Shown here: piece by piece, positions 19,698 through 29,095 of the stretch | How positions within the stretch are numbered: the first letter of the stretch is position 1 | Layout: each line of letters opens with the position of its first letter | Assembly (NCBI GenBank): GCA_965208835.1 | Contig: OZ242358.1 | Location: 1,984,001-2,048,000, forward strand | Length of the DNA: 64,000 nt | Direction: 5' to 3' | DNA from: Candidatus Latescibacterota bacterium | Lineage (GTDB): Bacteria > Latescibacterota > UBA2968 > GCA-2709665 | The notes under the pieces: model-generated | What the model was told of the DNA's origin: nothing | What the model saw: only the letters and a program-made list of their open reading frames with translations | Database searches by the model: none | Program-made: the position numbers and the translations under genes

Positions 19698-21032
19698 ATG
19701 ACGCTGGACCAGGTTAAAGAATTCGTAGCCGCGAATGGAATCGACTTCTTTCTGTGTTCGTTTGTGGAGATGAGCGGGATGCCGAAGGCCAAGGTGGTGC
19801 CCGTCACCCACCTCGACGACATGGCCTCGGAAGGCGCGGGGTTCGCAGGTTTCGCGGCGGGCAATATGGGGCAGGGCCCGCACGATTCCGATATGATGAA
19901 CATACCGGACTTCAACTCGATGACCGTATTGCCTTGGCGCAAGAATACGGCGTGGGTTGCGGGCAACATCCAGGTCGAGGGGGAGCCGTTCGGATATTGT
20001 CCGCGGACGATCCTGCAGCGGCAGCTCGCAAGGGCGGAAGCGAAGGGATATCGCTTGAATCTGGGCGTGGAAGCGGAATTCATCCTCCTTAAAAAGGATG
20101 ATCAGGGGAACTATGCGCTGGCCGATCCGATGGATACCCTGGAGAAGCCCTGTTACGATCTCGTCACCCTGCATCGCAACCTGGACGTGATGACCACGCT
20201 CATCGGGTATATGCAGGAACTGGGATGGGAACCCTATGCAAACGACCACGAAGACGCCAATTGCCAGTTCGAGATCAACTGGACCTATTCCGACGCGCTG
20301 ACGACCGCCGACCGGCAGACGTTCTTCAGATGGATGGTGAAGGTGAACGCGGAGCGGCTCGGATACCACGCGACGTTCATGCCGAAGCCGTTTTCTCACC
20401 TCACAGGAAGCGGCGCGCACTATCACATGAGCCTGTGGGATCCGGAGAACAGGGCCAACCTGTTTCTCGACGACGGGGATGAAAACGGTCTGTCGAAGGA
20501 GGCTTACTGGTTCATGGCGGGCATCCTCAACCACGCGAAGGCGATTTCCGCAGTGTCCGCGCCCCTGGTGAACAGCTACAAACGCCTCACGAGGGGGGCT
20601 CCCCGATCGGGCGCGTCCTGGGCGCCGATCTGTATCACCTACGGCGGATCGAACCGGACGCAGATGATCCGAATCCCCGACGCGGGCCGTATCGAAAACC
20701 GGGCGATCGATGGCGCCGCAAATCCATACCTGACGACTGCGGCAATGCTGGCGGCCGGGCTCGACGGCATCGAAAACCGTATGGAGCCGGGCGAACGCAA
20801 TGAGGGCAATCTCTATGAGGTGCCCGAAAGCGAATTGAGCGCGCGGGGCATCGACCTGCTCCCGGGTACCCTGGCCGAGGCGGCCGATCACCTGGCGTCC
20901 GATGACGTGCTCCGGGAGGCGCTCGGAACGGAATATGCGGACTATTACGTGCAGGTGAAACGCGAAGAATGGGCGGAGTACCATCTGCACGTGGACCAGT
21001 GGGAACGCGAACGGTATCTGCCGGTATATTAG
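19698..21032 (+). CDS. gmaS: type III glutamine synthetase family, gamma-glutamylmethylamide synthetase (GmaS/GlnT)
   Basis: KAKVVP, GAGFAGFA, DHEDANCQFE, TFMPKPF, NSYKRL...SGASWAP, NRTQMIRIP. Methylamine-cluster context. Confidence 0.85.
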   Translation: MTLDQVKEFVAANGIDFFLCSFVEMSGMPKAKVVPVTHLDDMASEGAGFAGFAAGNMGQGPHDSDMMNIPDFNSMTVLPWRKNTAWVAGNIQVEGEPFGYCPRTILQRQLARAEAKGYRLNLGVEAEFILLKKDDQGNYALADPMDTLEKPCYDLVTLHRNLDVMTTLIGYMQELGWEPYANDHEDANCQFEINWTYSDALTTADRQTFFRWMVKVNAERLGYHATFMPKPFSHLTGSGAHYHMSLWDPENRANLFLDDGDENGLSKEAYWFMAGILNHAKAISAVSAPLVNSYKRLTRGAPRSGASWAPICITYGGSNRTQMIRIPDAGRIENRAIDGAANPYLTTAAMLAAGLDGIENRMEPGERNEGNLYEVPESELSARGIDLLPGTLAEAADHLASDDVLREALGTEYADYYVQVKREEWAEYHLHVDQWERERYLPVY

Positions 21033-21126
21033 GGATTGTCGTCGGGAATCGTCGAAATCCGCACCGCCGCGTGGGCGCCCGCCTGTCGCCAACCGTGTGA
21101 TGTCGAAAACCTGACTGGATGGGTCT

Positions 21127-22470
21127 ATGGAGAACGCAGCCAGACGGCCGGTTCGAGAGGCGCCGCGGGGCGTCGGAGGCTTGCTGCGGAATATCGGACC
21201 GGGCGTGGTCGTGTCGGGTTCGGTGGTCGGGTCCGGCGAGTTGCTGGTGACCACCCGAATGGGGGCGGAGGTGGGCTTCGTCTTCCTCTGGGGGGTGATC
21301 CTGGCATGTCTGGTCAAATTTTTCATCCAGCTTGAACTCGGGCGCCAGTGTGTCCTGCACAACAGCACGACAATTCAGGTGCTGGACCGCGTGCCCGGCG
21401 TGCGTTGGTCGAATACCTCCTGGGCGGCCTGGCTGTGCGTGCTGGGTTATTTCTCGGTGATGATTGCCGTGATCGGCATACTGGGGTCCGTGGCGGGACT
21501 GATGGTGACCCTTCTTCCCGGTGTCCCGTACAATATCTGGGCCATTCTGGTTTTCGCGGCAATCTCGATTCTGCTGTACCGGGGCCTCTACGCCGACCTG
21601 GAGCGGATGATCACGATCCTGGTCGCGGGCTTCAGCCTGGTTGTCATCGGATCCTTGATTGGGATGCAGGCCACGCCATACGCCGTGGGAGGCGCCGAGG
21701 TGCTGTCGGGATTTCGCTTCACGTTGCCCGCGGACGGGGCGTTCGTCGCCATGGCCGTGATGGGGTCCGTAGGCGCGACGGCGGTGGAGTTGTTCATGTA
21801 TCCCTACTGGGTGCGGGAGAAAGGGTATGCGGATTTTGTGGGGCCGAGGGAGGATACGCCGGAGTGGCGCGCGCGATATCGGGGCTGGATGCGTGTGCTG
21901 AAAACCGATGCGCTGGTGTGCACCGGCATCGCATTGGTGATTACCTGCGCCTACTATCTGCTGGGCGCCTCGATTCTGAAGAAGCTGAACGTGGTCCCGC
22001 AGGGCATGGAGGTCGTGGAACAGGTCTCACTGATCTTTACGCTAAGCATCGGAACCTGGACAAAGAACGTGTTCATGTTCGGCGCGTTCTGCACGCTGTT
22101 TTCCACGCTGCTCGTTTTCACGGCCAGTTCCGGGCGCATCAGCGTGGATTTTCTCAGGCAGACGGGCGTCGCCGGACTCGATAACGAAGCGGTGCGTCTT
22201 CGGCTGCTGCGGTCGCTGCAGATCGCCTTCCCGTTTCTGTGGCTCTGCGTGACCATTGCAACCCCCGATACCCCGCTTGCGCTGGTGCTGATCGGGGCAA
22301 ACGCCAACAACCTGCTGTTGATTCCAATGGCCTACGGCGTGGTCCACCTGGCGATGCGCGCCGCGGACGCGGAACGGATGTCCGTATGGACGGAACTCGC
22401 GTTGCTCTTGACGGTCTGGGCGATCGTCAACTTTACCGCGGTCAATCTGTATTTGAACTGGACGCGTTAA
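21127..22470 (+). CDS. Nramp-like (APC-fold) transporter
   Basis: IGPGVVVSGSVVGSGEL, KFFIQLELGR, YPYWVREKG, about 11 TM segments. Confidence 0.8.
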   Translation: MENAARRPVREAPRGVGGLLRNIGPGVVVSGSVVGSGELLVTTRMGAEVGFVFLWGVILACLVKFFIQLELGRQCVLHNSTTIQVLDRVPGVRWSNTSWAAWLCVLGYFSVMIAVIGILGSVAGLMVTLLPGVPYNIWAILVFAAISILLYRGLYADLERMITILVAGFSLVVIGSLIGMQATPYAVGGAEVLSGFRFTLPADGAFVAMAVMGSVGATAVELFMYPYWVREKGYADFVGPREDTPEWRARYRGWMRVLKTDALVCTGIALVITCAYYLLGASILKKLNVVPQGMEVVEQVSLIFTLSIGTWTKNVFMFGAFCTLFSTLLVFTASSGRISVDFLRQTGVAGLDNEAVRLRLLRSLQIAFPFLWLCVTIATPDTPLALVLIGANANNLLLIPMAYGVVHLAMRAADAERMSVWTELALLLTVWAIVNFTAVNLYLNWTR

Positions 22471-22687
22471 CCATGATTTGCCAACTTTCGCGGACGTTAA
22501 TTCGTACACATGCAAGTTGATAAAGGCGATTAAACTGCGGATTACCAGGATACACCTGGTTACTGGACGTTAACGAAAATATCATCCTTATGTACGACCT
22601 CGATACCCCGTTTGGCACCGGTCCCTTCTGTGTCTCGTGTGCTCTTTGTGTGCAATTTGACTGTTGTCTTTTTTCGAAATGAGGTTA
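22468..22687. mobile_element. MITE-like element family A, copy 3
   Basis: TAACCATGATTTG...CGAAATGAGGTTA. Starts at the TAA of the Nramp-like gene. 3' part TTGACTGTTGTCTTTTTTCGAA is identical to copy 1. Confidence 0.78.
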
Positions 22688-22714
22688 AGTACCCGGACGG
22701 ACGAGTAAGTTCTC

Positions 22715-22745
22715 AGGGCGGCCGGCAACGGCCGCCCTTCTTATT
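22715..22745 (+). terminator. probable intrinsic terminator
   Basis: Perfect 10-bp stem AGGGCGGCCG-GCAA-CGGCCGCCCT followed by TCTTATT, between convergent operons. Confidence 0.65.
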
Positions 22746-22790
22746 GAATTGCCAATTCGCGGTACCGGATCACCCGGCCACGATGACAGT

Positions 22791-22860
22791 GTAGGGGCGT
22801 CCCCTGTGGGCGCCCGCACTCCTCCCCTCTCTGCGCCGGGGAGGGGCCGGGGGAGGGGTC
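22791..22860. repeat. REP-like GTAG palindrome plus CCCCTC/GAGGGG palindromic repeat
   Basis: GTAG-GGGCGTCCC-CTGT-GGGCGCCC followed by CTCCCCTCTC...GGGGAGGGGCCGGGGGAGGGG. Confidence 0.55.
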
Positions 22861-22871
22861 AATCGTCCGAG

Positions 22872-25223
22872 TCAATCCGACGTCTCCACCCAGACAGGCG
22901 TGCTCCATCCCTTCGCGCCCATGGCGTGAGCGACGTTGTTGGGGTATTGCGGGATCGGCTCTGGCGACAGAACTTCGAGATGGTAGTAGTGCTTTCCCGG
23001 CCGGTAGCGGCGCAACCGGAATTCCCTTCGCTCTCCCCGGGTCCGTCCGACGAACCTTTCATCGTACATCAGACGCCCGTCCCGGTGGACGCGCAGGATG
23101 TATTCCCGGCCCGCCTCGCCCTCGACGCGCCACTTCAGCACCGGGTCGTCCCTGACGACCAGCGAACTGCCCATCATCCGATCGTTGATCGTGAATTCGA
23201 TCAGGATCTTCTGGCCGGCCGTTGCATAACAGCGCCTGGCCCGGATCGCATCGAGGAAGGCGGCGCGGTCCAGCCGGTCGGCCCAGATGCCCGTGAGCGC
23301 ACCGCTCAGGCCCGGGTTGCGGTGGTGGCTGTCGCCGCTGCCGGTGAAGGCGAATTTCTGACCCGCGTTCAGGTATTTGAAATAGACGTCGTACAGGTCG
23401 ATGTTAATCATCCAGCCGGCGCATACGTCGACACCCCACTCGACGTCCGTGTCGTAGAGGTTCCACTTTCCGTTGTGGGGATGGGGGAGCGGCAGGTAGC
23501 CCCTTTCCTTGAGCCAGTCCAGGCATTCCCTGGTGTCCTTGTGGGTATGCCGCTCGCCCTTCGTGTGGGCTTCCTTGTATTTGAAGTGAAGCAAGTCCAT
23601 TTCCATTTCGTCATCGTCCGACATCACGGACCGGTGGTCCCGCCCGGAGTCCACCCGGTCGGTGATGGTCATCTCGTAGCCCGGAAACATGGCGAATCGC
23701 CCGGGTTCATTCAGGACCATGGCGTTGCCTTTTACGTAGTCCCACTCATAGTCCTTCAGGTGCCGCACATTCCGGCGCGTGGGCAGATTCCAGAAACTGT
23801 CGTTGTCGGAGACGGTCAGTCCGTCGATCTGTGCCTTGTCACGGGCGTAGTGACCCAACTCATCGGGCTCTCCCTCTACTTCGATGGACGCCGCCGAGTG
23901 GCAGTGCAGGTCCACCCAGAAGAGTTGGTACTTGCCGCGTTCCGCGCCGGGCAGTTCATTTCGGGGCCGGGTCGTGTGCCGCCGTTTTTCGAACGGCAGC
24001 CGGACTTCGTTCCATTCGGTCAGGTCGATTCGGCGGTTTTCATCGGGTACGGCTGGGAGGTCGGCGGCGAGGCGCGCGCTTTCCAGGTATTGCTCATCGG
24101 TAATCATGTCTTGGGACATCAGGTGCACGCGGGTGCCGACCGTGCCGTTGTGGGGAAGCTCATAGAAGACGTTCCCTTCCGCCACGCAGAGGGGTTCCGA
24201 CCAGTCGCCGTTCCTGCAGCGGTGGCCGAAGAGGCGACCCCTGGAGGTGAGCGTTCCCTGCTCGCTGTCCATCTTGACCTCGTAGAAGAGCCAGACGCCT
24301 CCGGATTCTGCGGCCTTGAGGACGGGGAAGAGCCGCCTTCCCATGTGTCCAAGATTGGGCGGTTTGGGGAATTCCGTCAACAGCCCGTAGTGTAGCGGCG
24401 CAATTTCCGCCGCGCCGTCAGGGCCCGTCAGGGGTACCCACTCCCGGCCGTCCAGCCGGGCGCCCCGCAGCGAGTACATCTGCTGGAGCGTGCTGCGCCT
24501 GTACATAACGTCCACGCCGTGTACCCACACCGCCCAGAGCGCCCCGCCCGCGTCCCTGCCAAGGCTGGCCCTGTTTTCCCATCCCTCGTCGCAACTGACT
24601 CTGACCGTCTTCCGGGGGCCGTCCGGACCGACGGCGCAGCCATAGACGTCGTAGGTGCAATCGACGTAGCTGTCCCATACAATATAGACGCCTTCCGATC
24701 CCCATTCGACCATCCTGGGCCGATAATTGTACCGACTCCCGTTTCCCGCTGTATAGGTTGTCGTCTTGCCATCCCGAGGGATCCTCAGGATCCGGATGCG
24801 GCTCTCTCCCTTTTCGGACTGGGCCCAGCAGATCCAGAGAGTGCCGCTCTCATCGAGGAGGGCCTGCGGCTCCCAGACCTTCGCCGAAGCGGGCAGGACG
24901 TGGCGCTCCCGGCAGGTAGTGAACCCGTTCCCGTCACTGCCTCGTGTCCGGAACGCGTACTGGCGTCCGGTCTTTTCCAGCCAGACAAACACGGCCTCGT
25001 CGCCGTTCGGGATGCAGATCGGGCGTGTCTGCATGGTGTCGTTCGGTGACAGCGGCTCTATAGAACAGCCGGTTTCCCCGACAAATTTCCGGACGAATGC
25101 CCTCGAACCTGCTGCGCCGTAGGCAGCCCAGCTCGTCCAGCAGGATTTGCCGTCCTGGAGGTTGCAGAGGCTGGGTTCGTAACTGTCGTTCGAATAGACG
25201 CCTTCAGTGACGGCAATTCTCAC
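22872..25223 (-). CDS. PHP-domain metallohydrolase (CehA/McbA, DUF3604-like) with N-terminal beta-propeller
   Basis: DLHCHS, GYEMT, PHPH and GSGDSH metal motifs; DAIRARRCYATAG. Confidence 0.75.
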   Translation of the reverse strand: MRIAVTEGVYSNDSYEPSLCNLQDGKSCWTSWAAYGAAGSRAFVRKFVGETGCSIEPLSPNDTMQTRPICIPNGDEAVFVWLEKTGRQYAFRTRGSDGNGFTTCRERHVLPASAKVWEPQALLDESGTLWICWAQSEKGESRIRILRIPRDGKTTTYTAGNGSRYNYRPRMVEWGSEGVYIVWDSYVDCTYDVYGCAVGPDGPRKTVRVSCDEGWENRASLGRDAGGALWAVWVHGVDVMYRRSTLQQMYSLRGARLDGREWVPLTGPDGAAEIAPLHYGLLTEFPKPPNLGHMGRRLFPVLKAAESGGVWLFYEVKMDSEQGTLTSRGRLFGHRCRNGDWSEPLCVAEGNVFYELPHNGTVGTRVHLMSQDMITDEQYLESARLAADLPAVPDENRRIDLTEWNEVRLPFEKRRHTTRPRNELPGAERGKYQLFWVDLHCHSAASIEVEGEPDELGHYARDKAQIDGLTVSDNDSFWNLPTRRNVRHLKDYEWDYVKGNAMVLNEPGRFAMFPGYEMTITDRVDSGRDHRSVMSDDDEMEMDLLHFKYKEAHTKGERHTHKDTRECLDWLKERGYLPLPHPHNGKWNLYDTDVEWGVDVCAGWMINIDLYDVYFKYLNAGQKFAFTGSGDSHHRNPGLSGALTGIWADRLDRAAFLDAIRARRCYATAGQKILIEFTINDRMMGSSLVVRDDPVLKWRVEGEAGREYILRVHRDGRLMYDERFVGRTRGERREFRLRRYRPGKHYYHLEVLSPEPIPQYPNNVAHAMGAKGWSTPVWVETSD

Positions 25224-25359
25224 GGTAACGGATCCTCGTACAGAGATGTTATCGGGGAAGCTCAGGAGGGTTCAGCGTCGAGGGGCCGGAATGTCCGCCC
25301 TGGATTTTCCGCGACAGGGCGTGCGCGGCGGTTTCTTTATTTCATGGACGTCGCGGGTC

Positions 25360-26988
25360 TCACTGCGATTTCCAGGGCTTTCCCGATTCCGTCAATTCCT
25401 CGCGGGTCGTGGCCTCCGGCCCGAATCGGATATGGCGGAAGGCGAACGGGATATGGCGTCGGCCGAACAGGGCTTGGGTAAGCCCCCAATGGCACAATGT
25501 GATGATGGCTGTTGCGGCCAGGCCGATGATGATCGTGTTCCGGATCCAGCCGGCGTAGGCGCCGGCTTGCGGTACAGTTGGACCATATGCGTGGTCGGCA
25601 AGCGCTATGGAAGCGGCCAGGACCGTGCAGACGATGGCGTTGAACGTAATCAGTCCCTCGGTTACCAGGCGCCGGGGACTGAATTCAACAATCTTCAGGG
25701 CGAAGTTGAAATTGACGACCCACCACAGAAAGACCAGGTAAAGAAGCTGTCCCTTGCCCAGCCAGGTATCCGGTATGAACGTAAGGGGCACAGAGCGGTG
25801 CATTTGCATCAACCAGAAGACGGCGATGCCGATGGCGATGTAAATCAGTTCAAGCCACCCGATCCAGCCCCTGGACCGCACAAACCAGCCCGCTACGGGT
25901 AGTCCGTAGGGTCTCTCCGGCAGGCAGGCGACATTTTCTACCCAGTTTCGCGATGCCTTTCGGTGGTTCAGGTACGTCAGGCCGATCAGAACGAAACCCG
26001 TTGCGAACGTTCCTGTCCACGCCGGCATGGGTAACGCATTGGAATTCTGGGGAGCAATAACCGAGAGCAGACCCATGGTAACAGCGACTGCAATCCCGTG
26101 GAATAAACCCTGGGTCTGCTCCATGACGCTGTGCCAGTTCGTCTGCAATCCGGTACGGATATTCAGCAGTTTCAGGAACTGACCCAGACTGAAGCCGATT
26201 CCTCCGATAAACCCCGTGATCAGCGAGGCAAGCGCTAGTCCGTACAGGTCGTAACGCCAGCAGAAGATCAGCAGACCGGCAGCGAGCCCGACGCAACCGG
26301 CCCAGTTATCGCCCCGCGGCGGCGTCATCCGGAGCTTGAAGCCGACGACGAGCAGCAAAAAGGATACGTACCACCCCACTGTAAGGTGAAGCACCAGAGA
26401 GGTGGCGATGTCGAAGCCTCCGCGAACGGCTGCGACGATCAACCCGGCGACCATCGCCACCAGGGTCGCCAGCCAATCGGTATCGTACCAGGAGAGATTA
26501 GCTCTACCGGACTTTCTGTCACCGGAGAATAGCAGGTCGACCAGTACTGATTGAAGCGCCCATCCCGAGAAGATCACGGTCAGCGGCACAAAGAAAATCG
26601 CAAGCCGGTCTCCGGTGAGAAAAGCAGGCAGCGCGGTTCCGGCGCCGCCCATAAACGCCCATAGAAAGCCAATGACGAACAGGCTGGCAAATCCGTAAAG
26701 CACGGAGGGCGGGTGGCCGGAGTGCGTGTAGCCGACCACGCCCATGTATGACATGCTTCCGCCGAAGGACCAGCCGAGCGCGCCGAACATGGCGAAGTAG
26801 TGAACGTGAGCCAGCCAGTCGGGACGCCCTGAAACCAGCACTGCGGCGATTGCCGCCAGTGCGCCGGGAATGGCCGCGCCGTATTCGTGGCCGAAGTTGC
26901 CGCGGATGCCCCATCCCACCGAAAGAGAAAGCCCGCAGAAAACCACGAGCTGCCACGTAATGCCCGATGTTGCCAGGATAGGGTCCAT
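25360..26988 (-). CDS. uncharacterised multi-pass membrane protein
   Basis: Many TM segments; N-terminal GWGIRGNFGHEYGA motif. Start lies immediately after the hydantoinase A stop. Confidence 0.8.
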   Translation of the reverse strand: MDPILATSGITWQLVVFCGLSLSVGWGIRGNFGHEYGAAIPGALAAIAAVLVSGRPDWLAHVHYFAMFGALGWSFGGSMSYMGVVGYTHSGHPPSVLYGFASLFVIGFLWAFMGGAGTALPAFLTGDRLAIFFVPLTVIFSGWALQSVLVDLLFSGDRKSGRANLSWYDTDWLATLVAMVAGLIVAAVRGGFDIATSLVLHLTVGWYVSFLLLVVGFKLRMTPPRGDNWAGCVGLAAGLLIFCWRYDLYGLALASLITGFIGGIGFSLGQFLKLLNIRTGLQTNWHSVMEQTQGLFHGIAVAVTMGLLSVIAPQNSNALPMPAWTGTFATGFVLIGLTYLNHRKASRNWVENVACLPERPYGLPVAGWFVRSRGWIGWLELIYIAIGIAVFWLMQMHRSVPLTFIPDTWLGKGQLLYLVFLWWVVNFNFALKIVEFSPRRLVTEGLITFNAIVCTVLAASIALADHAYGPTVPQAGAYAGWIRNTIIIGLAATAIITLCHWGLTQALFGRRHIPFAFRHIRFGPEATTREELTESGKPWKSQ

Positions 26989-26989
26989 C

Positions 26990-29095
26990 TTACGACTCTG
27001 CTCGGCCGACGTCGATCACGAGATTGCCGTAGTCGTCGACGTTGACCGTACACCCGGGGGGAACAAGCGTTGTAGAGTCGATTTCCTCGACGATGGCGGG
27101 GCCCGGGAAGCGGTTGTTCGCCTCCAGGCGATACCGGTCGTAGATCGCCGTGGTCGCCAATCCCCCGGACCCCGGCATTCGGACGTCGCGATCCGCCTTC
27201 AGGGCGTTCCGGGCGGAGGGTCCGCCTTCGGGAACCTGCCGCCGGCTGGGGCGGGGTACGGCGCCGACGGCTGAGAGACGGACATTGACAACCTCCGTGG
27301 GCTCATCCCGGGTCGCAAACCCGTACTGGCGCCGGTGTGCCGTAAAGAAAGCGGTGTTCAATTCTCGGGGGAGGTCATCCGAAAGTCGGCCGACCGGCAC
27401 TCGAAGTTCGTAGGACTGGCCCGTGTATCGCATATCCGCCTCCCGGACGAACCGGATGTTGGAACGGGAGACGCCCTCGCTCAACAGCAGGCGGGTCGCA
27501 TGCGCTTCGAATTCGCTGTAGATGTCTGAAAGGCCGGCCACATTCAGTTCATCTGTCGCAGAAATGTAGGTCCGGACGTAGTCGTGGCGCAGGTCGGTTA
27601 CGAGCAGGCCCAGCGCCGTGGTGACGCCGGGACTGGGCGGAACGAGTACCGTGCCGATATGCAGCGCCTTCGCGAGCGCCACCGCGTGGACGGGTCCTGC
27701 GCCGCCGAAAGCGACGAGTACGAACGCGCGGGGGTCCACGCCTTTCTGGACCGAAACGAGTTGAAGGATGCCCGTCATGTTGGCGTTGGCGATTTCAATC
27801 AGGCCGGCGGCCGCGTCTTCGACGGGCAGATTCAGGGGTGTGGCGATTCGCCGTTCGATCGCCTGTTTCGCGAGTGATACGTCGAGGCGGAGTTCGCCGC
27901 CCAGGAAATAGTCGGGATTGAGGCGGCCCAGAACGAGGTTTGCGTCCGTCAGCGTGGGTTCCGAGCCCCCTTTGCCGTAACAGGCGGGTCCGGGCGCCGC
28001 GCCGGCGGATTGCGGCCCGACGGCAAGCGCCCCGCCCGGATCGACGTGGCCTATGCTGCCGCCGCCGGAACCGATTTCGACCAGATCGATGACGGGTGTC
28101 TTTACGGGATATCCCTGCCCTTTGTCCCTGGTGGTGGTTGCGACGGCGGCGTCGCCAACCTCGAATTCGGCGGCCAGCCGCGGCCTGCCGTTTTCGATGA
28201 GGGCGGCCTTTGCGGTTGTGCCCCCGATGTCCAGGGCGATCAGGTTCTCGAATCCGGCGAGCTGGCCGATGTACGTTGCGGCGATGACGCCGGCCGCCGG
28301 CCCGGACTCGATGAGTTGAACGGGCTGTTGTCTGGCGGTACCGGATGCGATGATGCCGCCGCCGGAGGTCATCAGGAACAGGCCGGAGCCGGGGTTTACC
28401 TTCCCGAGCCGGTCCTCCAGCCGTTCCACGTAGGCGCCAACCGCGGGAAGCAGCGCGGCGTTGACGGCGGTCGTGCTGGCCCGTGTGTATTCGCGGTACT
28501 CGGGGCAAATGTCGGATGAGATGCAGACTGGAAGATCGGGACATGCATCTTTGACGATCTCGGCGGCGCGCCGTTCGTGGGTCGGGTCCCGATAGGCGTG
28601 CAGGAAGCAGACGAGAATCGCTTCAACCCGGTCTTTCGCCAATTGACGCGCGGCACGGGCCACGGCGGCTTCGTCCAGAGGAACAAGCACCGCGCCCCGG
28701 GCGTCGATGCGTTCGGGTACGCCGATGCAGAGGTGCCGCGGCACGAGCGGAGGCGGCTTGTCGTAATTCAGGTCGTAGAGGTTGGGGCGGATCTGCCAGG
28801 CGATTTCAAAGAGATCGCTGAAGCCTTCGGAGGCGATGAGGCCGATCCGTGCGCCCTTTTGCTGGATGATCGTGTTGGTCGCCACCGTGGTGCCGTGGAC
28901 CACGAAACGGATCTGATCGGAAGTGAGGCCCCGGTTGGAGAGGCCGCGGGTATACGCTTCCATAAATGCGCGTGAGGGATCGTCGGGAGTGGACGAGACC
29001 TTGACGGGATGGAAGTCGCCGGATTGCTCGTCCATCACCACGGCGTCGGTGAACGTGCCGCCAATGTCGATTCCGATGCGGAATAGATCGCTCAT
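26990..29095 (-). CDS. hydantoinase A / 5-oxoprolinase family subunit (ATP-binding)
   Basis: IGIDIGGTFTD, HGTTVATN, ESGPAAG, DIGGTT, GPQSAGAAPGPACYG, FGGAGP.H. Confidence 0.93.
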   Translation of the reverse strand: MSDLFRIGIDIGGTFTDAVVMDEQSGDFHPVKVSSTPDDPSRAFMEAYTRGLSNRGLTSDQIRFVVHGTTVATNTIIQQKGARIGLIASEGFSDLFEIAWQIRPNLYDLNYDKPPPLVPRHLCIGVPERIDARGAVLVPLDEAAVARAARQLAKDRVEAILVCFLHAYRDPTHERRAAEIVKDACPDLPVCISSDICPEYREYTRASTTAVNAALLPAVGAYVERLEDRLGKVNPGSGLFLMTSGGGIIASGTARQQPVQLIESGPAAGVIAATYIGQLAGFENLIALDIGGTTAKAALIENGRPRLAAEFEVGDAAVATTTRDKGQGYPVKTPVIDLVEIGSGGGSIGHVDPGGALAVGPQSAGAAPGPACYGKGGSEPTLTDANLVLGRLNPDYFLGGELRLDVSLAKQAIERRIATPLNLPVEDAAAGLIEIANANMTGILQLVSVQKGVDPRAFVLVAFGGAGPVHAVALAKALHIGTVLVPPSPGVTTALGLLVTDLRHDYVRTYISATDELNVAGLSDIYSEFEAHATRLLLSEGVSRSNIRFVREADMRYTGQSYELRVPVGRLSDDLPRELNTAFFTAHRRQYGFATRDEPTEVVNVRLSAVGAVPRPSRRQVPEGGPSARNALKADRDVRMPGSGGLATTAIYDRYRLEANNRFPGPAIVEEIDSTTLVPPGCTVNVDDYGNLVIDVGRAES

